DNA from: Methylorubrum extorquens
GTDB taxonomy: Bacteria > Pseudomonadota > Alphaproteobacteria > Rhizobiales > Beijerinckiaceae
Assembly: GCA_900234795.1 (NCBI GenBank)
Contig: LT962688.1
Location: 1,410,001-1,442,000, forward strand
Length of the DNA stretch: 32,000 bases
Direction of reading: 5' to 3'
The notes under the pieces were generated by a model. That model was not told the origin of the DNA. It ran no database searches and saw only the letters and a program-made list of their open reading frames with translations. Positions 1 through 10,964 of this stretch are shown in pieces (within the stretch, counting starts at the first letter, position 1; each line of letters starts with the position of its first letter). The translations under genes and the position numbers were made by a program.

Positions 1-1
1 C

Positions 2-673
2 CTGCGCCTGACCCAGAACGCGCGGCTGAAGGCCGAGACGGTCGCGACCGACGTCGCGATCCCGAGGCTCGGGCTCGGCGGCACGATCGCGGCCGGGGGC
101 ATCGTCGCCACCGGCGCGGCCCTGATCGGCGCCTCTGCCGCCGGGATCGAACTCGGCCTGCCGACTTTCATCGCCGGGCTCGCCACCACCCTCGTCGTGC
201 TCGCGATCAATCGGGGCGGGCTGGTCGCGGTTGCTCGGGACGTCTCCTGGGGCGTGCTGCCGCTGGTCGCCGGGCTCTTCGTTCTCGTCGAGTCCCTGGA
301 GAAGACCGGCCTGCTCGCAAGGCTCGCCGACCTCCTGGGCCGCGCCGCGCAGGGCGATCCCGCCGCGACGGCCTGGGCCGGCGGCGTGCTCGTCGCGTTC
401 GGATCGAACCTCGTGAACAACCTGCCGGCGGGTCTCCTGGCGGGCGCCGCGGTGCAGGCCGCCCATGTGCCGGAGACGGTGGCGGGGGCGATCCTGATCG
501 GCGTCGATCTCGGGCCGAACCTCTCGGTCACGGGCTCGCTCGCCACGATCCTCTGGCTGACCGCGATCCGCCGCGAGGGCCAGAACGTCTCCGCCTGGGC
601 GTTCCTGAAGCTCGGCGCCCTGGTCATGCCCCCGGCGCTGGCGCTGGCCCTCGCGGCTCTGATCCTCGCCTGA
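2..673 (+). CDS. ArsB/NhaD-superfamily permease (arsenical-pump membrane protein-like), C-terminal part; the 5' end lies outside the window
   Basis: The frame is open from base 2 to the TGA at 671-673. The translation is hydrophobic and TM-rich, with NLVNNLPAGLLAG and GPNLSVTGSLATILWL segments typical of ArsB/citrate-transporter-like permeases. GC3 is high. Confidence 0.75.
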   Translation: MRLTQNARLKAETVATDVAIPRLGLGGTIAAGGIVATGAALIGASAAGIELGLPTFIAGLATTLVVLAINRGGLVAVARDVSWGVLPLVAGLFVLVESLEKTGLLARLADLLGRAAQGDPAATAWAGGVLVAFGSNLVNNLPAGLLAGAAVQAAHVPETVAGAILIGVDLGPNLSVTGSLATILWLTAIRREGQNVSAWAFLKLGALVMPPALALALAALILA

Positions 674-719
674 TCCACTCCCCTACCAGCCCCCCTCGCC
701 GATCCGGAGGCCGACCCGC

Positions 720-1685
720 GTGAGTGCCGCCCTGCTCTATCCCTTCATCATCGTAGCGGGCGCGCTCCAGGCGCTCGGCAACTCCATGAACGCGCAGTTG
801 CGCGGGCACCTCGTCAACCCGTTCCTGGCCGCCGCGGTCTCCTTCCTGCCGATCGTCTTCGTCTTCGCGACGCTGTTCCTCGTGATGCCGACGCCGCTGC
901 CGAGCCTCGACTCGCTGGCGGCGATGCCGTGGTATGCGCCGCTCGGCGGCGTGGCCGGCGCGGTGGCGGTGTTCGGCGGCCTCGCCTTCGTCGACAAGGT
1001 CGGCGCCGGCCCCTTCAACGGCCTGACGCTGACGGCCAACATCCTGACCTCGCTGGCGATGGATTCGCTCGGCCTGTTCGGGCTGCAAGGCGGTGGGTTC
1101 AAGCCGATGCCCTGGCTCGGCGGCCTGCTCATGGCGATCGGCGTAACGTTCATCGCCCGCGTCACGCCCGACAAAGGCGCCGGGCAAGGTGCCGGGCAAG
1201 ACGCCGGGCGAGACGAGACCAAGGATGCCGGCCACGGCCTCAACCCGCGGCTGCTCTATCCCTTCATCGTCGTCGCGGGCGCCCTGCAGGCCATCGGCGT
1301 GGTCTGGAACGCGCAGTTGCGCGGAGCCCTGATCAACCCGTGGCTCGCGGCCCTGGTCTCGTTCCTGCCGGTGGTGTTCGTCTTCGTGCTGGTCTTCCTG
1401 CTGCGGCCGAAGCCGCTGCCGCAGCGGGCCGACATCGAGGGGGTGCGCTGGTGGATGCCGCTGGCCGGCCTCACCGGCGCCGTGGCCGTGTTCGCCGGCC
1501 TGCTCTTCGTCGACAAGGTCGGCGCGGGCGCCTTCAACGGCCTCCTGATCACCGCCAACCTGCTGACCTCGGTGGCGCTCGACCATTTCGGCTGGGTCGG
1601 CATGAAGCGGGTGCGGGCCGGCGCCTCGCGGCTGGGCGGGGCCGCCCTGATGGTGGCCGGCATCGTCCTCATCTCGCTGTTCTGA
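720..1685 (+). CDS. DMT-superfamily transporter made of two tandem DUF606/YdcZ-like halves (321 aa)
   Basis: GTG start. The two ~145-aa halves are clearly homologous: LLYPFIIVAGALQALGNSMNAQLRGHLVNPFLAAAVSFLPIVFVF versus LLYPFIVVAGALQAIGVVWNAQLRGALINPWLAALVSFLPVVFVF, and FVDKVGAGPFNGLTLTANILTS versus FVDKVGAGAFNGLLITANLLTS. They are joined by a hydrophilic GAGQGAGQDAGRDETKD linker. Confidence 0.85.
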   Translation: MSAALLYPFIIVAGALQALGNSMNAQLRGHLVNPFLAAAVSFLPIVFVFATLFLVMPTPLPSLDSLAAMPWYAPLGGVAGAVAVFGGLAFVDKVGAGPFNGLTLTANILTSLAMDSLGLFGLQGGGFKPMPWLGGLLMAIGVTFIARVTPDKGAGQGAGQDAGRDETKDAGHGLNPRLLYPFIVVAGALQAIGVVWNAQLRGALINPWLAALVSFLPVVFVFVLVFLLRPKPLPQRADIEGVRWWMPLAGLTGAVAVFAGLLFVDKVGAGAFNGLLITANLLTSVALDHFGWVGMKRVRAGASRLGGAALMVAGIVLISLF

Positions 1686-1742
1686 CAGCCGCGACCGAGC
1701 CCGGAACGCCTCACGGGCAGAGCCGGGGGCGGCCTGTCGGCG

Positions 1743-2519
1743 TCAATGCGCGAGGATCCTCGACAGAAACTGCTGGGCGCGCTCGCTGCGGGGCCGGTCG
1801 AAGAAGGCGTCCTTCGCCACGTCCTCGACGATCTCGCCACGATCCATGAACACCACCCGGTCGGCCACCTTGCGGGCGAAGCCCATCTCGTGGGTCACGA
1901 CCATCATGGTCATGCCGTCACGGGCCAGTTCCACCATGACGTCGAGCACCTCGCCGACCATCTCGGGATCGAGCGCCGAGGTCGGTTCGTCGAACAGCAT
2001 CACCACCGGGTCCATGGCAAGCGCGCGGGCGATCGCCACCCGCTGCTGCTGCCCGCCCGAGAGCTGGCCCGGATGTTTGTGTGCATGCGCCGAGAGCCCG
2101 ACGCGGGCGAGCAGGTCGAGGCCGCGCTGGGTCGCCTCTGCCTTCGAGCGCCCGAGCACCTTGCGCGGGGCGAGCGTCAGGTTGTCGAGGACGCTCAGAT
2201 GCGGGAACAGCTCGAAATGCTGGAATACCATGCCGACCCGCGCGCGCAGCCGCGGCAGGTTGGTGGCCTTGTCCCGCACCCGCGTGCCATCGACGGTGAT
2301 CTGCCCCTCCTGGAACGGCTCCAGGGCGTTGACGCATTTCAGCAGCGTCGACTTGCCCGAGCCCGAGGGGCCGCACACCACCACCACCTCGCCGCGCGTC
2401 ACCGCGGTGGAGCAGCCGGACAGGACCCGGACCTCGCCGTACCACTTCGACACCGCCTCGATGGCGATCATCGTCCCGCCCGCGGCGGGCGGCTGCGGCG
2501 ATGTCAGCGGCGCGGTCAT
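1743..2519 (-). CDS. gltL: Glutamate/aspartate ABC transporter ATP-binding protein
   Basis: Walker [13 protein letters not shown] signature [15 protein letters not shown] and Walker [12 protein letters not shown] are present. The start was chosen at ATG 2519 (MTAPL...), which has GAGGGTGGG upstream and lies 27 nt after the gltK stop. It is the last gene of a gltI-J-K-L order. Confidence 0.93.
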   Translation of the reverse strand: MTAPLTSPQPPAAGGTMIAIEAVSKWYGEVRVLSGCSTAVTRGEVVVVCGPSGSGKSTLLKCVNALEPFQEGQITVDGTRVRDKATNLPRLRARVGMVFQHFELFPHLSVLDNLTLAPRKVLGRSKAEATQRGLDLLARVGLSAHAHKHPGQLSGGQQQRVAIARALAMDPVVMLFDEPTSALDPEMVGEVLDVMVELARDGMTMMVVTHEMGFARKVADRVVFMDRGEIVEDVAKDAFFDRPRSERAQQFLSRILAH

Positions 2520-2545
2520 CGGCCCACCCTCATCCTGATTATCCG

Positions 2546-3238
2546 TCACCGGGCGATCGCCGTGCGGGCCTGGAGCCGGCGCACCAGCAGCGAGGCTGCG
2601 AAGCACACGGCGAAGTAGACCAGCGCGGCGAACAGGTACATCTCCACCAGCCGCCCGTCGCGCTGCGCCACCTTGGAGGCGGCGCCGAGGAAGTCGGTCA
2701 GCGAGAGCACGTAGACGAGCGAGGTGTCCTGAAAGAGCACGATCGTCTGCGTCAGCAGCAGCGGCACCATGTTGCGGAACGCCTGCGGCAGCACCACGAG
2801 CCGCATGACCTGCGCGTAGCTCATGCCGAGCGCCCGGGCCGCCGCGCTCTGGCCCTTCGGGATCGACTGGATGCCGGCCCGCACGATCTCGGAGAAATAG
2901 GCCGCCTCGAACAGGGTGAAGGTGACGAGCGCGCTGGCAAACGCCCCGACCTGGATCGGCGTGTCCGCGCCGATCGCCCAGGCGCCGAGATAGGGCACGA
3001 GGAAGTAGAACCAGAAGATCACCAGTACGAGCGGCAGGGACCGCATCAGCTCGACATAGAACTTGGCCGCATGCGTCAGACCCGGCACGCCCGAGAGCCG
3101 CAGCAGCGCCAGCCCGGTGCCGAGCACGATGCCGCCGCTCGCCGCGAGCGCGGTGAGCGTCAGCGTGAACACCATCCCCTCGCCGAACAGGTAGGGCAGC
3201 GAATTGGCGACGACGGAGAGGTCGAAATGCCCGAACAT
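2546..3238 (-). CDS. gltK: Glutamate/aspartate ABC transporter permease
   Basis: Polar-amino-acid ABC permease sequence ([17 protein letters not shown]...; EAA-type loop [20 protein letters not shown]). Its ATG at 3238-3236 overlaps the gltJ stop (TGATG), indicating translational coupling. The longer 432-aa ORF in the track is an artefactual upstream extension. Confidence 0.92.
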   Translation of the reverse strand: MFGHFDLSVVANSLPYLFGEGMVFTLTLTALAASGGIVLGTGLALLRLSGVPGLTHAAKFYVELMRSLPLVLVIFWFYFLVPYLGAWAIGADTPIQVGAFASALVTFTLFEAAYFSEIVRAGIQSIPKGQSAAARALGMSYAQVMRLVVLPQAFRNMVPLLLTQTIVLFQDTSLVYVLSLTDFLGAASKVAQRDGRLVEMYLFAALVYFAVCFAASLLVRRLQARTAIAR

Positions 3239-3960
3239 CAGCGCCCTCCCGGCACGGCCACGCGCCGCTCCAGCAGGGTCGCGCCCGCGATCACCACGAG
3301 GTTGAGGGCGACGTAAAGCAGGGTCGCCGCGGTGAAGGCCTCGAACACCTGGAACGAGAATTCCTGCATCGAGCGCGCCCGCGCCGTGAGTTCGAGCAGG
3401 CCGATGGTGAGCGCGACCGAGGTGTTCTTGAGGTTGTTCAGGAATTCCGAGGTGAGCGGCGGCAGGATGATCCGGTAGGCGTTGGGCAGAAGCACGGTGC
3501 GGTAGGTCTGCGCCCAGGTGAGGCCCAGCGCGAGGCCCGCCTGCGCCTGGCCGCGCGGCAGGGCGCGGATGCCCGCCCGCACCTGCTCGGCCACCCGCGC
3601 GGCGGTGAAGAAGCCGAGGCACAGAACCGCCGTGTAGAACGGCGCGTCCGGCATCTGCTTGACGGCCGCGCCGAGACGCGCGGGCAGGAGCTCCGGCAGC
3701 ACGAAGTACCAGAGGAACATCTGCACCAGCAGCGGCACGTTGCGGAACCCCTCGACATAGGCCGCGCCGATGGCGTTGGCGGTCCGCGAGGGCAGCGTGC
3801 GCATCACGCCGACCACCGAGCCGAGGGTGAAGGCGATGGCCCACGAGCAGAGGGCGGTGACCACCGTCCAGGCCAGCCCGGAGAGCAGCATGTCGGCATA
3901 GGTGCCGGCGCCCTCGGGGGACGGCTCCAGGAAGATGCCCCAGTTCCAGGTGTAGTTCAT
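3238..3960 (-). CDS. gltJ: Glutamate/aspartate ABC transporter permease
   Basis: 240-aa His/Glu/Gln/Arg-type permease ([12 protein letters not shown]...; [20 protein letters not shown] loop), located between gltI and gltK. Confidence 0.92.
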   Translation of the reverse strand: MNYTWNWGIFLEPSPEGAGTYADMLLSGLAWTVVTALCSWAIAFTLGSVVGVMRTLPSRTANAIGAAYVEGFRNVPLLVQMFLWYFVLPELLPARLGAAVKQMPDAPFYTAVLCLGFFTAARVAEQVRAGIRALPRGQAQAGLALGLTWAQTYRTVLLPNAYRIILPPLTSEFLNNLKNTSVALTIGLLELTARARSMQEFSFQVFEAFTAATLLYVALNLVVIAGATLLERRVAVPGGR

Positions 3961-3994
3961 CGCAGCTCGCCCAACCGCATCCGCGCCGGCCCGG

Positions 3995-4906
3995 TCAGTA
4001 GGCCGCCGGGTCAGGGCTGTCGCTGGGGTTGTCCAAGGCCTTCCGCATCGCCTCGCTCATCGGGAGCTTCAGGTTGATGCCCCGCGGCGGGATGGCTTGC
4101 GTGAACCACTTCTCGTAGAGTGCCGTCCCCTCCGGGCTCTTGTACAGGGCGGCGGTGGCGGCATCGACCACGGCCTTGAAGGCCGGGTCGTCCTTGCGCA
4201 GCATGATGCCGTAGGGCTCGGGGCGCGATTGCGCCTCCGAGGAGATCGCGTAGGCGTCGGGTGTCTTCGATCCGGCGACGAGGGCGGCGAGCAGCACGTC
4301 GTCCGTCACGAAGGCGTCGGCGCGGCCGGTCTCGACCATCAGGAAGGCCTCGGCATGGTCCTTGGCCGGCAGGATCCGCATGCCGAGGCCGCGGGCGGTG
4401 TTGATCTCGTTGATCTGGCGGATGTTGGTGGTGCCCGAAGTCGAGACCACGGTGCGGCCCTTGAGGTCGTCGGTCTTGTCGAGCCCCTTGTCCCGCTTGG
4501 CGACGAAGCGTGTCGCGGTGAGGAAGTGGGTGTTGGTGAAGGCCGCCTGCCGCTGCCGGTCGGCGTTGTTGGTGGTCGAGCCGCATTCGAGGTCGATCGT
4601 CCCGTTGGCGATCAGCGGGATGCGGGTGGCGGAGGTGACGGGGTTGAGCCGCACCTCCAGCGTGTCGAGCTTCAGATGCGCTTTGACCGCGTCGGCGACC
4701 TTGAGACAGATCTCGAAGGCGTAGCCCACCGGCTTCTGATTGCCGTCGAGATAGGAGAACGGCACCGAGGCGTCGCGATAGCCGATGGTGATGGCGCCCG
4801 TGTCCTTCACCTTCTTGAGGGTTCCGCTCAACTCCTGCGCGCCGACCGGTGCCGTGGCCGCCGAAATCGCGAGGGCGGCGAGGAAAAGCGCATGACTCAG
4901 GTGCAT
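3995..4906 (-). CDS. gltI: Glutamate/aspartate periplasmic binding protein
   Basis: From memory, the translation aligns along its whole length with E. coli GltI (e.g. SVPFSY, ECGSTTNN..RQ.QAAF, GTTN, AKDH, MLRKDDP.FK, WF...IPP...NL). A signal peptide MHLSHALFLAALAISAATAPVGAQE follows ATG 4906. Confidence 0.92.
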   Translation of the reverse strand: MHLSHALFLAALAISAATAPVGAQELSGTLKKVKDTGAITIGYRDASVPFSYLDGNQKPVGYAFEICLKVADAVKAHLKLDTLEVRLNPVTSATRIPLIANGTIDLECGSTTNNADRQRQAAFTNTHFLTATRFVAKRDKGLDKTDDLKGRTVVSTSGTTNIRQINEINTARGLGMRILPAKDHAEAFLMVETGRADAFVTDDVLLAALVAGSKTPDAYAISSEAQSRPEPYGIMLRKDDPAFKAVVDAATAALYKSPEGTALYEKWFTQAIPPRGINLKLPMSEAMRKALDNPSDSPDPAAY

Positions 4907-5004
4907 ACGGCGGACCTTTTTCTGACGACGACCGCCTCGTTGCAGCCGGGACGAACCGCGGGACGGGCACGCGATTTGAAACGCATAGTGATGCTGAGAG
5001 AAGC

Positions 5005-5028
5005 GCTTGTCATCCGATCCGGACAAGC
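5005..5028 (-). terminator. Possible weak terminator hairpin downstream of the porin gene
   Basis: A GCTTGTC-N10-GACAAGC inverted repeat lies ~80 nt after the porin stop and is followed on the minus strand by GCTTCTCTC. There is no clean U-tract. Confidence 0.25.
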
Positions 5029-5107
5029 TCGCTGAGGCAAAGCCCATACCATCGGTGCGAAGCGCCACGCCCCACGGCCCGCCGGCGGGTGCGTCCGGGA
5101 CGGACCA

Positions 5108-6790
5108 TCAGAAGTCGCGCTGGACACGGATGCGGATCTGCGTCGTGTCGTAGTGCTTCTCGGTATAGGCCGGCAGGCCGTTCACGGTGACGGGGCGGGT
5201 CGCGTCGGCGTCGCGCCCGCCGAGGAGGCCGGTGCCGATATAGGCTCCCTCGATGCCGATATCGAGATCCTTGACCGGCGACCAGATCAGGCTCGCGCCA
5301 GCGATGATCTGGTAGTTGTCGCGCAGGATCGGGTTGGATGCGAAGGCCGCGCCGGTCGGCGGCGCGGAGGAGCCGACGAGGTTGTTGACGAGACTGAACG
5401 CCTCGCGGGTGCCGCGCCGAAACCCGACCTCGCCATAGCTCCCGAAGACGGCGGAGCGCCATTCGGGCGCCCAGTAATGCAGGAGGGAGGCGGTCGCCGT
5501 GAAGCTCTTCGACAGGTCGATCCGGCCGGTCAGCGGGTTGATCACCGCGTCGGCCAGGGCCTGTACGAAGGGGCCGCCCTGCACCGGGGTGAGCTGGCTG
5601 CTATAGTTGCCGGTGAAGAACGAGAAGCCGGTATAAATCAGCGCGCCCTCGCCGTAGGCGCCCTGCAGGTAGAGCCCGTCACCCGCGGCGATCCAGGGCA
5701 GGTTGAGCTTGAGGCCGCCCTGCACCGCCCAACCGTGATCGGTCTGTGATCCCGATGTGATGCCGCGGGTGGCGAGCAGGGCTGCGGCGGTGCCGGCGCC
5801 CACCGGCCCCGTCGCGGAACCTGGCGCGGCGGTCAGGGTGGAGATGCCGGAATTGGCGATGAAGCCGCCGATATTGACGTCCTTGACGGCGGCCGAGAGT
5901 TGGATCGAGCCCCAGCCCGCATCGTAGCGTAGCGCCCCGACGAAGTCCGGCATGCGCGAGCGCTGCACCGCGTCGACGAAGACGGCCGTGCTGGCGGTAC
6001 CGTTGGCATTGGTGCCGAGGATGACGGGGCTCGGAGCGGTGACGAAGACGTTGTTCACGCCGCTCTGGCCGGGGATGGTCCCGGTGGGGGCGGCCGAGGC
6101 GGCGTAGAACGGGTTCTTGCGGAGGTTCGGATCCTCCATCGACAGCGTCGCCGACCAGCCCTCCCCCATCTTGGACGTGTAGGCCAGGAGGTTGGTGGAG
6201 GGCATGTCCGACCCCGCCGTCGAGCCGATCAGCTCGTAATCGTGGGCGTAGAAGTCGAAGAACGAGGAGGCGCGGCCCGCTGTCAGCCCGGCGAATTGAA
6301 CGAAGGCCTTGTCGGCCACGACATAGTTCTGGACCCGGCCGAGCGAGTCCTGGCCGGTCGCCGGAAAGGCGTTGCCGATGCGTTGCTGCGTGCCCGACGC
6401 CATGGTCACGCCGGTACGGCTCGCGGCCTCCACGCGCAGGAAAGCGCGCAGGGTCCCGTAGCCGGTCTGGGTGCGCGCATCGACGTTCATGCGCATCAGC
6501 CCACGGTACTGCGACAGGTCGCCCGCACTGTTGGTGCGGTTCTGGACCGGGATGGACCTGGCCTCGAAGCGGGCGCGGCCCGAAACGCGCAGGCAGGTGT
6601 CGGTACCGGGGATATAGAAGAAGCCTGCACCGCTCGCGCTGCAGACCCGGACGAACTCGATCGGGACCGCCTTCCTGACGGGCAGGTCAGCCGCCCGGGC
6701 GGCGTCGACGGCCATCACGGCCGTGACCGCGATCGCGGCTCCCGCCAGACCTGTGGTTGCAATCCGCCCCATCCACCGGACCTCCGCCAT
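5108..6790 (-). CDS. Outer-membrane porin (Rhizobiales Porin_2/RopA/Omp2-type)
   Basis: Signal peptide ...AVMAVDAARA, then ADLPVRKAVPIEFVRVCSASGAGFFYIPGTDTCLRVSG, the hallmark N-terminus of alphaproteobacterial porins. The sequence is beta-strand-rich and ends ...RIRVQRDF with a terminal Phe. Start chosen at ATG 6790, preceded by AAGGGGG. Confidence 0.9.
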   Translation of the reverse strand: MAEVRWMGRIATTGLAGAAIAVTAVMAVDAARAADLPVRKAVPIEFVRVCSASGAGFFYIPGTDTCLRVSGRARFEARSIPVQNRTNSAGDLSQYRGLMRMNVDARTQTGYGTLRAFLRVEAASRTGVTMASGTQQRIGNAFPATGQDSLGRVQNYVVADKAFVQFAGLTAGRASSFFDFYAHDYELIGSTAGSDMPSTNLLAYTSKMGEGWSATLSMEDPNLRKNPFYAASAAPTGTIPGQSGVNNVFVTAPSPVILGTNANGTASTAVFVDAVQRSRMPDFVGALRYDAGWGSIQLSAAVKDVNIGGFIANSGISTLTAAPGSATGPVGAGTAAALLATRGITSGSQTDHGWAVQGGLKLNLPWIAAGDGLYLQGAYGEGALIYTGFSFFTGNYSSQLTPVQGGPFVQALADAVINPLTGRIDLSKSFTATASLLHYWAPEWRSAVFGSYGEVGFRRGTREAFSLVNNLVGSSAPPTGAAFASNPILRDNYQIIAGASLIWSPVKDLDIGIEGAYIGTGLLGGRDADATRPVTVNGLPAYTEKHYDTTQIRIRVQRDF

Positions 6791-6915
6791 CAGCCCCGCC
6801 CCCTTACGGCGCCGAGTCGCCCGCCATGCCGCCGCCTGAGGAGACATGACGACGGCCGAGAGCACGACTTGCATAACGTTTGTGCAGACTGCGCAGACAT
6901 GGCCCATCTTCATGG

Positions 6916-6942
6916 AGTATTGTATAAGCAGTAATCAATACT
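6916..6942. promoter_or_regulatory. AT-rich island with inverted repeat AGTATTG-N13-CAATACT upstream of the porin gene (candidate promoter/operator)
   Basis: The local sequence GGAGTATTGTATAAGCAGTAATCAATACTGAAATACTAG is strikingly AT-rich in a ~70% GC background. It lies ~125-150 bp upstream of the porin start on the porin side of a divergent intergenic region. Confidence 0.35.
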
Positions 6943-7420
6943 GAAATACTAGAACCCTGTAGTTGACCCGTCACGCACAATCGCACGTTGCCGCAGATCG
7001 GCGCCTGCCTGTGACTTTTCAGCCGCACCCCGGCCCCTCGACGCGGCCGGTCGGGATGAAACGGAGGATCCGATCGTGGCGAGGGGGCAGCCCGGCGCAG
7101 GGGAGCCGGATCGTGCGATCGCGCGGGCTCAGCCGAGACGCGCCCCTGCACGGAGGAGTTGAGAGGCCTACCTTGCCGTACGGGCCAAGAAGAAGATTTG
7201 ATTTAATCCCGAAAAAATCAGGTCATCAGGAGGTTTCGTCCGGGCCGTTGCAGGCGGGGGACAAAGGACGAAGGCATTCCAGTGACTGAAATACGCAGTT
7301 CAACTCCCTGATATCGCTCTGTTTTGGCCCCGTGCCGCCATGTGGAAAACCCGTCGACGCAAGAGCGGCGGATTCACGGCTCCGCCGACAAAATGCATCG
7401 ATCAAAGCAGGGGTCCTTGC

Positions 7421-7434
7421 ACTGGTATACCAGT
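7421..7434. promoter_or_regulatory. Perfect 14-bp palindrome ACTGGTATACCAGT, candidate transcription-factor operator
   Basis: The palindrome was read directly from the sequence. It is 54 bp upstream of the GTG of the alginate-export-like gene and is immediately preceded by TTGCAC (-35-like). The TGGT-N-ACCA core resembles GntR/FadR-type operators. Confidence 0.45.
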
Positions 7435-7487
7435 CTAGGCGATCTCTAGCCGGCCCCGAGCGAACTCTGCGAAAGAACAGGAGCGGT

Positions 7488-9032
7488 GTGGTGAAGCGGT
7501 CGGTTCTCTGCGCGTCGTTACTTGCCGGCGCCTCTATTCCCCTCTTCATCGGTCCGGTGCTGGCCCAGAGCGGCCCCTTTGCCGCCCCCCTGGAAACACG
7601 GCCCGTCACGGCCACGGAGGCCGCGACCGCCACGATGCAGACGGGGATCGCCGCGTCCCGCAAGAAGCAGGACGGCCCCTACTTCGCGGCCCAGCCGTCC
7701 AAGCCGCCGAACTTCCTCTACAAGGGGTTCGGCGAGCCGGAGAACTGGCGCATCAGCGGCTCGTTCCGGCCGCGGGTGGAGGGCATCGCCAACCAGTTCC
7801 GCCCGGTGCCGACCTTCGCGGCCAACGACATCCTGAACTCGTACCTCACCACCCTGCACGTGGAGTACGGGATCAAGGGACCGGTGCGCGTCGGCGTCGA
7901 GCTGTTCGACAGCCGCGGCTACTTCCAGCAGCGCAACTCCTCCGCCTTCACCACGGAGATCAACGCCCTCGAACCGGGCCAGGCCTATCTCAACTTCGAC
8001 ACCGGCGATCTCGGTGACAACGGCTCGAAGAGCAGCCTCACGGTTGGCCGCTTCACCAAGAACATCGGCTCGCGCCGCCTCGTCTCGCGCCAGCAGTTCC
8101 GCAACACCATCAACGCCTATACCGGCGTGAGCTTCGACTGGCAGGGCGTGGGCAAGGACAAGTTCACGGCGCTGTGGGTGATGCCGCACACCCGCCTGCC
8201 GGACGACGTCAACGGCATCCTCGACAACGGCATCGAGTTCGACCGCGAGAGCCTGAACCTGCAGCTCTTCGGCGCCTCCTATACCTTCGCCAACATCTTC
8301 GGCGGCACGTTCGAGCTCTACGGCTACGGCCTCTACGAGCAGGATTCGGGCACCGGCCTGCGCTCGGTCCAGACCCGTGACCGACGCCTGTTCACCCCCG
8401 GCCTGCGACTCGCCCGCGCGCCGCGGGTCGGCGAATTCGACTACGATTTCGAGGGGATCTACCAGACCGGCCTCGCCCGCGAGACCGCCGCGGCCGCCGA
8501 CCAGCGCGATCTCACCGTCTCGGCCTATTTCGTCCATGCCGAGGTCGGCTACACCCTCGACCACGAGTGGAAGCCGAGGCTGTCGCTGCACTACGACCAC
8601 GCCAGCGGCGACCGGGCCAATGACGGCAAGTTCAGCCGCTTCGACACCCTGTTCGGCGCCCGGCGCTTCGAGTACGGCCCGACCGGTCTCTACGGCCCGG
8701 TGCAGCGCGCCAACCTGATCTCGCCCTCGATCCGCGCCGAGATCACCCCGAGCCCGGTCTGGGACGCCTTCATCGCCTACCGTCCGCTCTGGCTGGAGAG
8801 CGCCACCGACACCTTCGCCGCGACCCTGATCCGCGACCGCACCGGCCGCTCCGGCACCTTCGCCGGCCACCAGATCGAGGGCCGCCTGCGCTATTGGATC
8901 ATCCCCAACGAGATGATTCTCGATACCGGCCTCGCCTATCTCGCCAAGGGCGACTTCCTGCGCAACGCCCCCAACGCGCCCGATACCGGCGACACCTTCT
9001 ACGGTTATCTCAACACGACGCTGTTCTTTTGA
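7488..9032 (+). CDS. Alginate-export-family outer-membrane beta-barrel protein
   Basis: WRISGSFRPRVEG...VRVGVELFDSRGY...EINALEPGQAYLNF...LTVGRFTKNIGSRRLVSRQQFRNTINAYTGVSFDW matches the conserved N-terminal pattern of Alginate_exp (AlgE-like) proteins as I recall it. Signal peptide VVKRSVLCASLLAGASIPLFIGPVLAQS. The GTG start at 7488 or 7491 follows AACAGGAG. The ORF-track start at 7332 is unlikely. Confidence 0.85.
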   Translation: MVKRSVLCASLLAGASIPLFIGPVLAQSGPFAAPLETRPVTATEAATATMQTGIAASRKKQDGPYFAAQPSKPPNFLYKGFGEPENWRISGSFRPRVEGIANQFRPVPTFAANDILNSYLTTLHVEYGIKGPVRVGVELFDSRGYFQQRNSSAFTTEINALEPGQAYLNFDTGDLGDNGSKSSLTVGRFTKNIGSRRLVSRQQFRNTINAYTGVSFDWQGVGKDKFTALWVMPHTRLPDDVNGILDNGIEFDRESLNLQLFGASYTFANIFGGTFELYGYGLYEQDSGTGLRSVQTRDRRLFTPGLRLARAPRVGEFDYDFEGIYQTGLARETAAAADQRDLTVSAYFVHAEVGYTLDHEWKPRLSLHYDHASGDRANDGKFSRFDTLFGARRFEYGPTGLYGPVQRANLISPSIRAEITPSPVWDAFIAYRPLWLESATDTFAATLIRDRTGRSGTFAGHQIEGRLRYWIIPNEMILDTGLAYLAKGDFLRNAPNAPDTGDTFYGYLNTTLFF

Positions 9033-9089
9033 TCCTCTGCCGGCCTCGCTGCGTCCGCGCGTAAACTGACGATGCGGGGCCGCTGACAC

Positions 9090-9114
9090 GTCAACCACAC
9101 AGCGAACGGTTGAC
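9090..9114. promoter_or_regulatory. Inverted repeat GTCAACC-N11-GGTTGAC overlapping a TTGACA -35-like hexamer upstream of aspA
   Basis: Read directly from the sequence; TTGACA sits at 9110-9115. The repeat is flanked by an 11-bp direct repeat GGCCGCTGACA at 9078-9088 and 9157-9167. Confidence 0.35.
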
Positions 9115-9210
9115 AGCCCGGCACGCGGAGACCTGAACACCGACCCGACGGTCACCGGCCGCTGACATCGTGGATTCGGCCGGATCGTCCGACGCATCGG
9201 GGAGACTTCC

Positions 9211-10938
<1,728 letters not shown>

Positions 10939-10964
10939 GTCTCTGGGGGTGAGCCTTGCGGCGG

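Noticed and set aside
2546-3844. 432-aa version of gltK overlapping gltJ. Similarly, the long N-terminal versions of gltL (start at 2606), gltI (5068), the porin (6913), the def-like gene (21083) and rpsF (24783).
   Set aside because: The upstream extensions are non-homologous, overlap the neighbouring genes and lack SD sequences. The internal starts give family-typical N-termini or signal peptides with SDs or translational coupling.
6963-7289. 108-aa ORF in the porin/alginate-export intergenic region
   Set aside because: It has a TTG start without an SD, many rare codons for this genome (AGA, CGA, TTA, GGA), reduced GC3, and a basic low-complexity product. It is most likely non-coding leader or promoter DNA.
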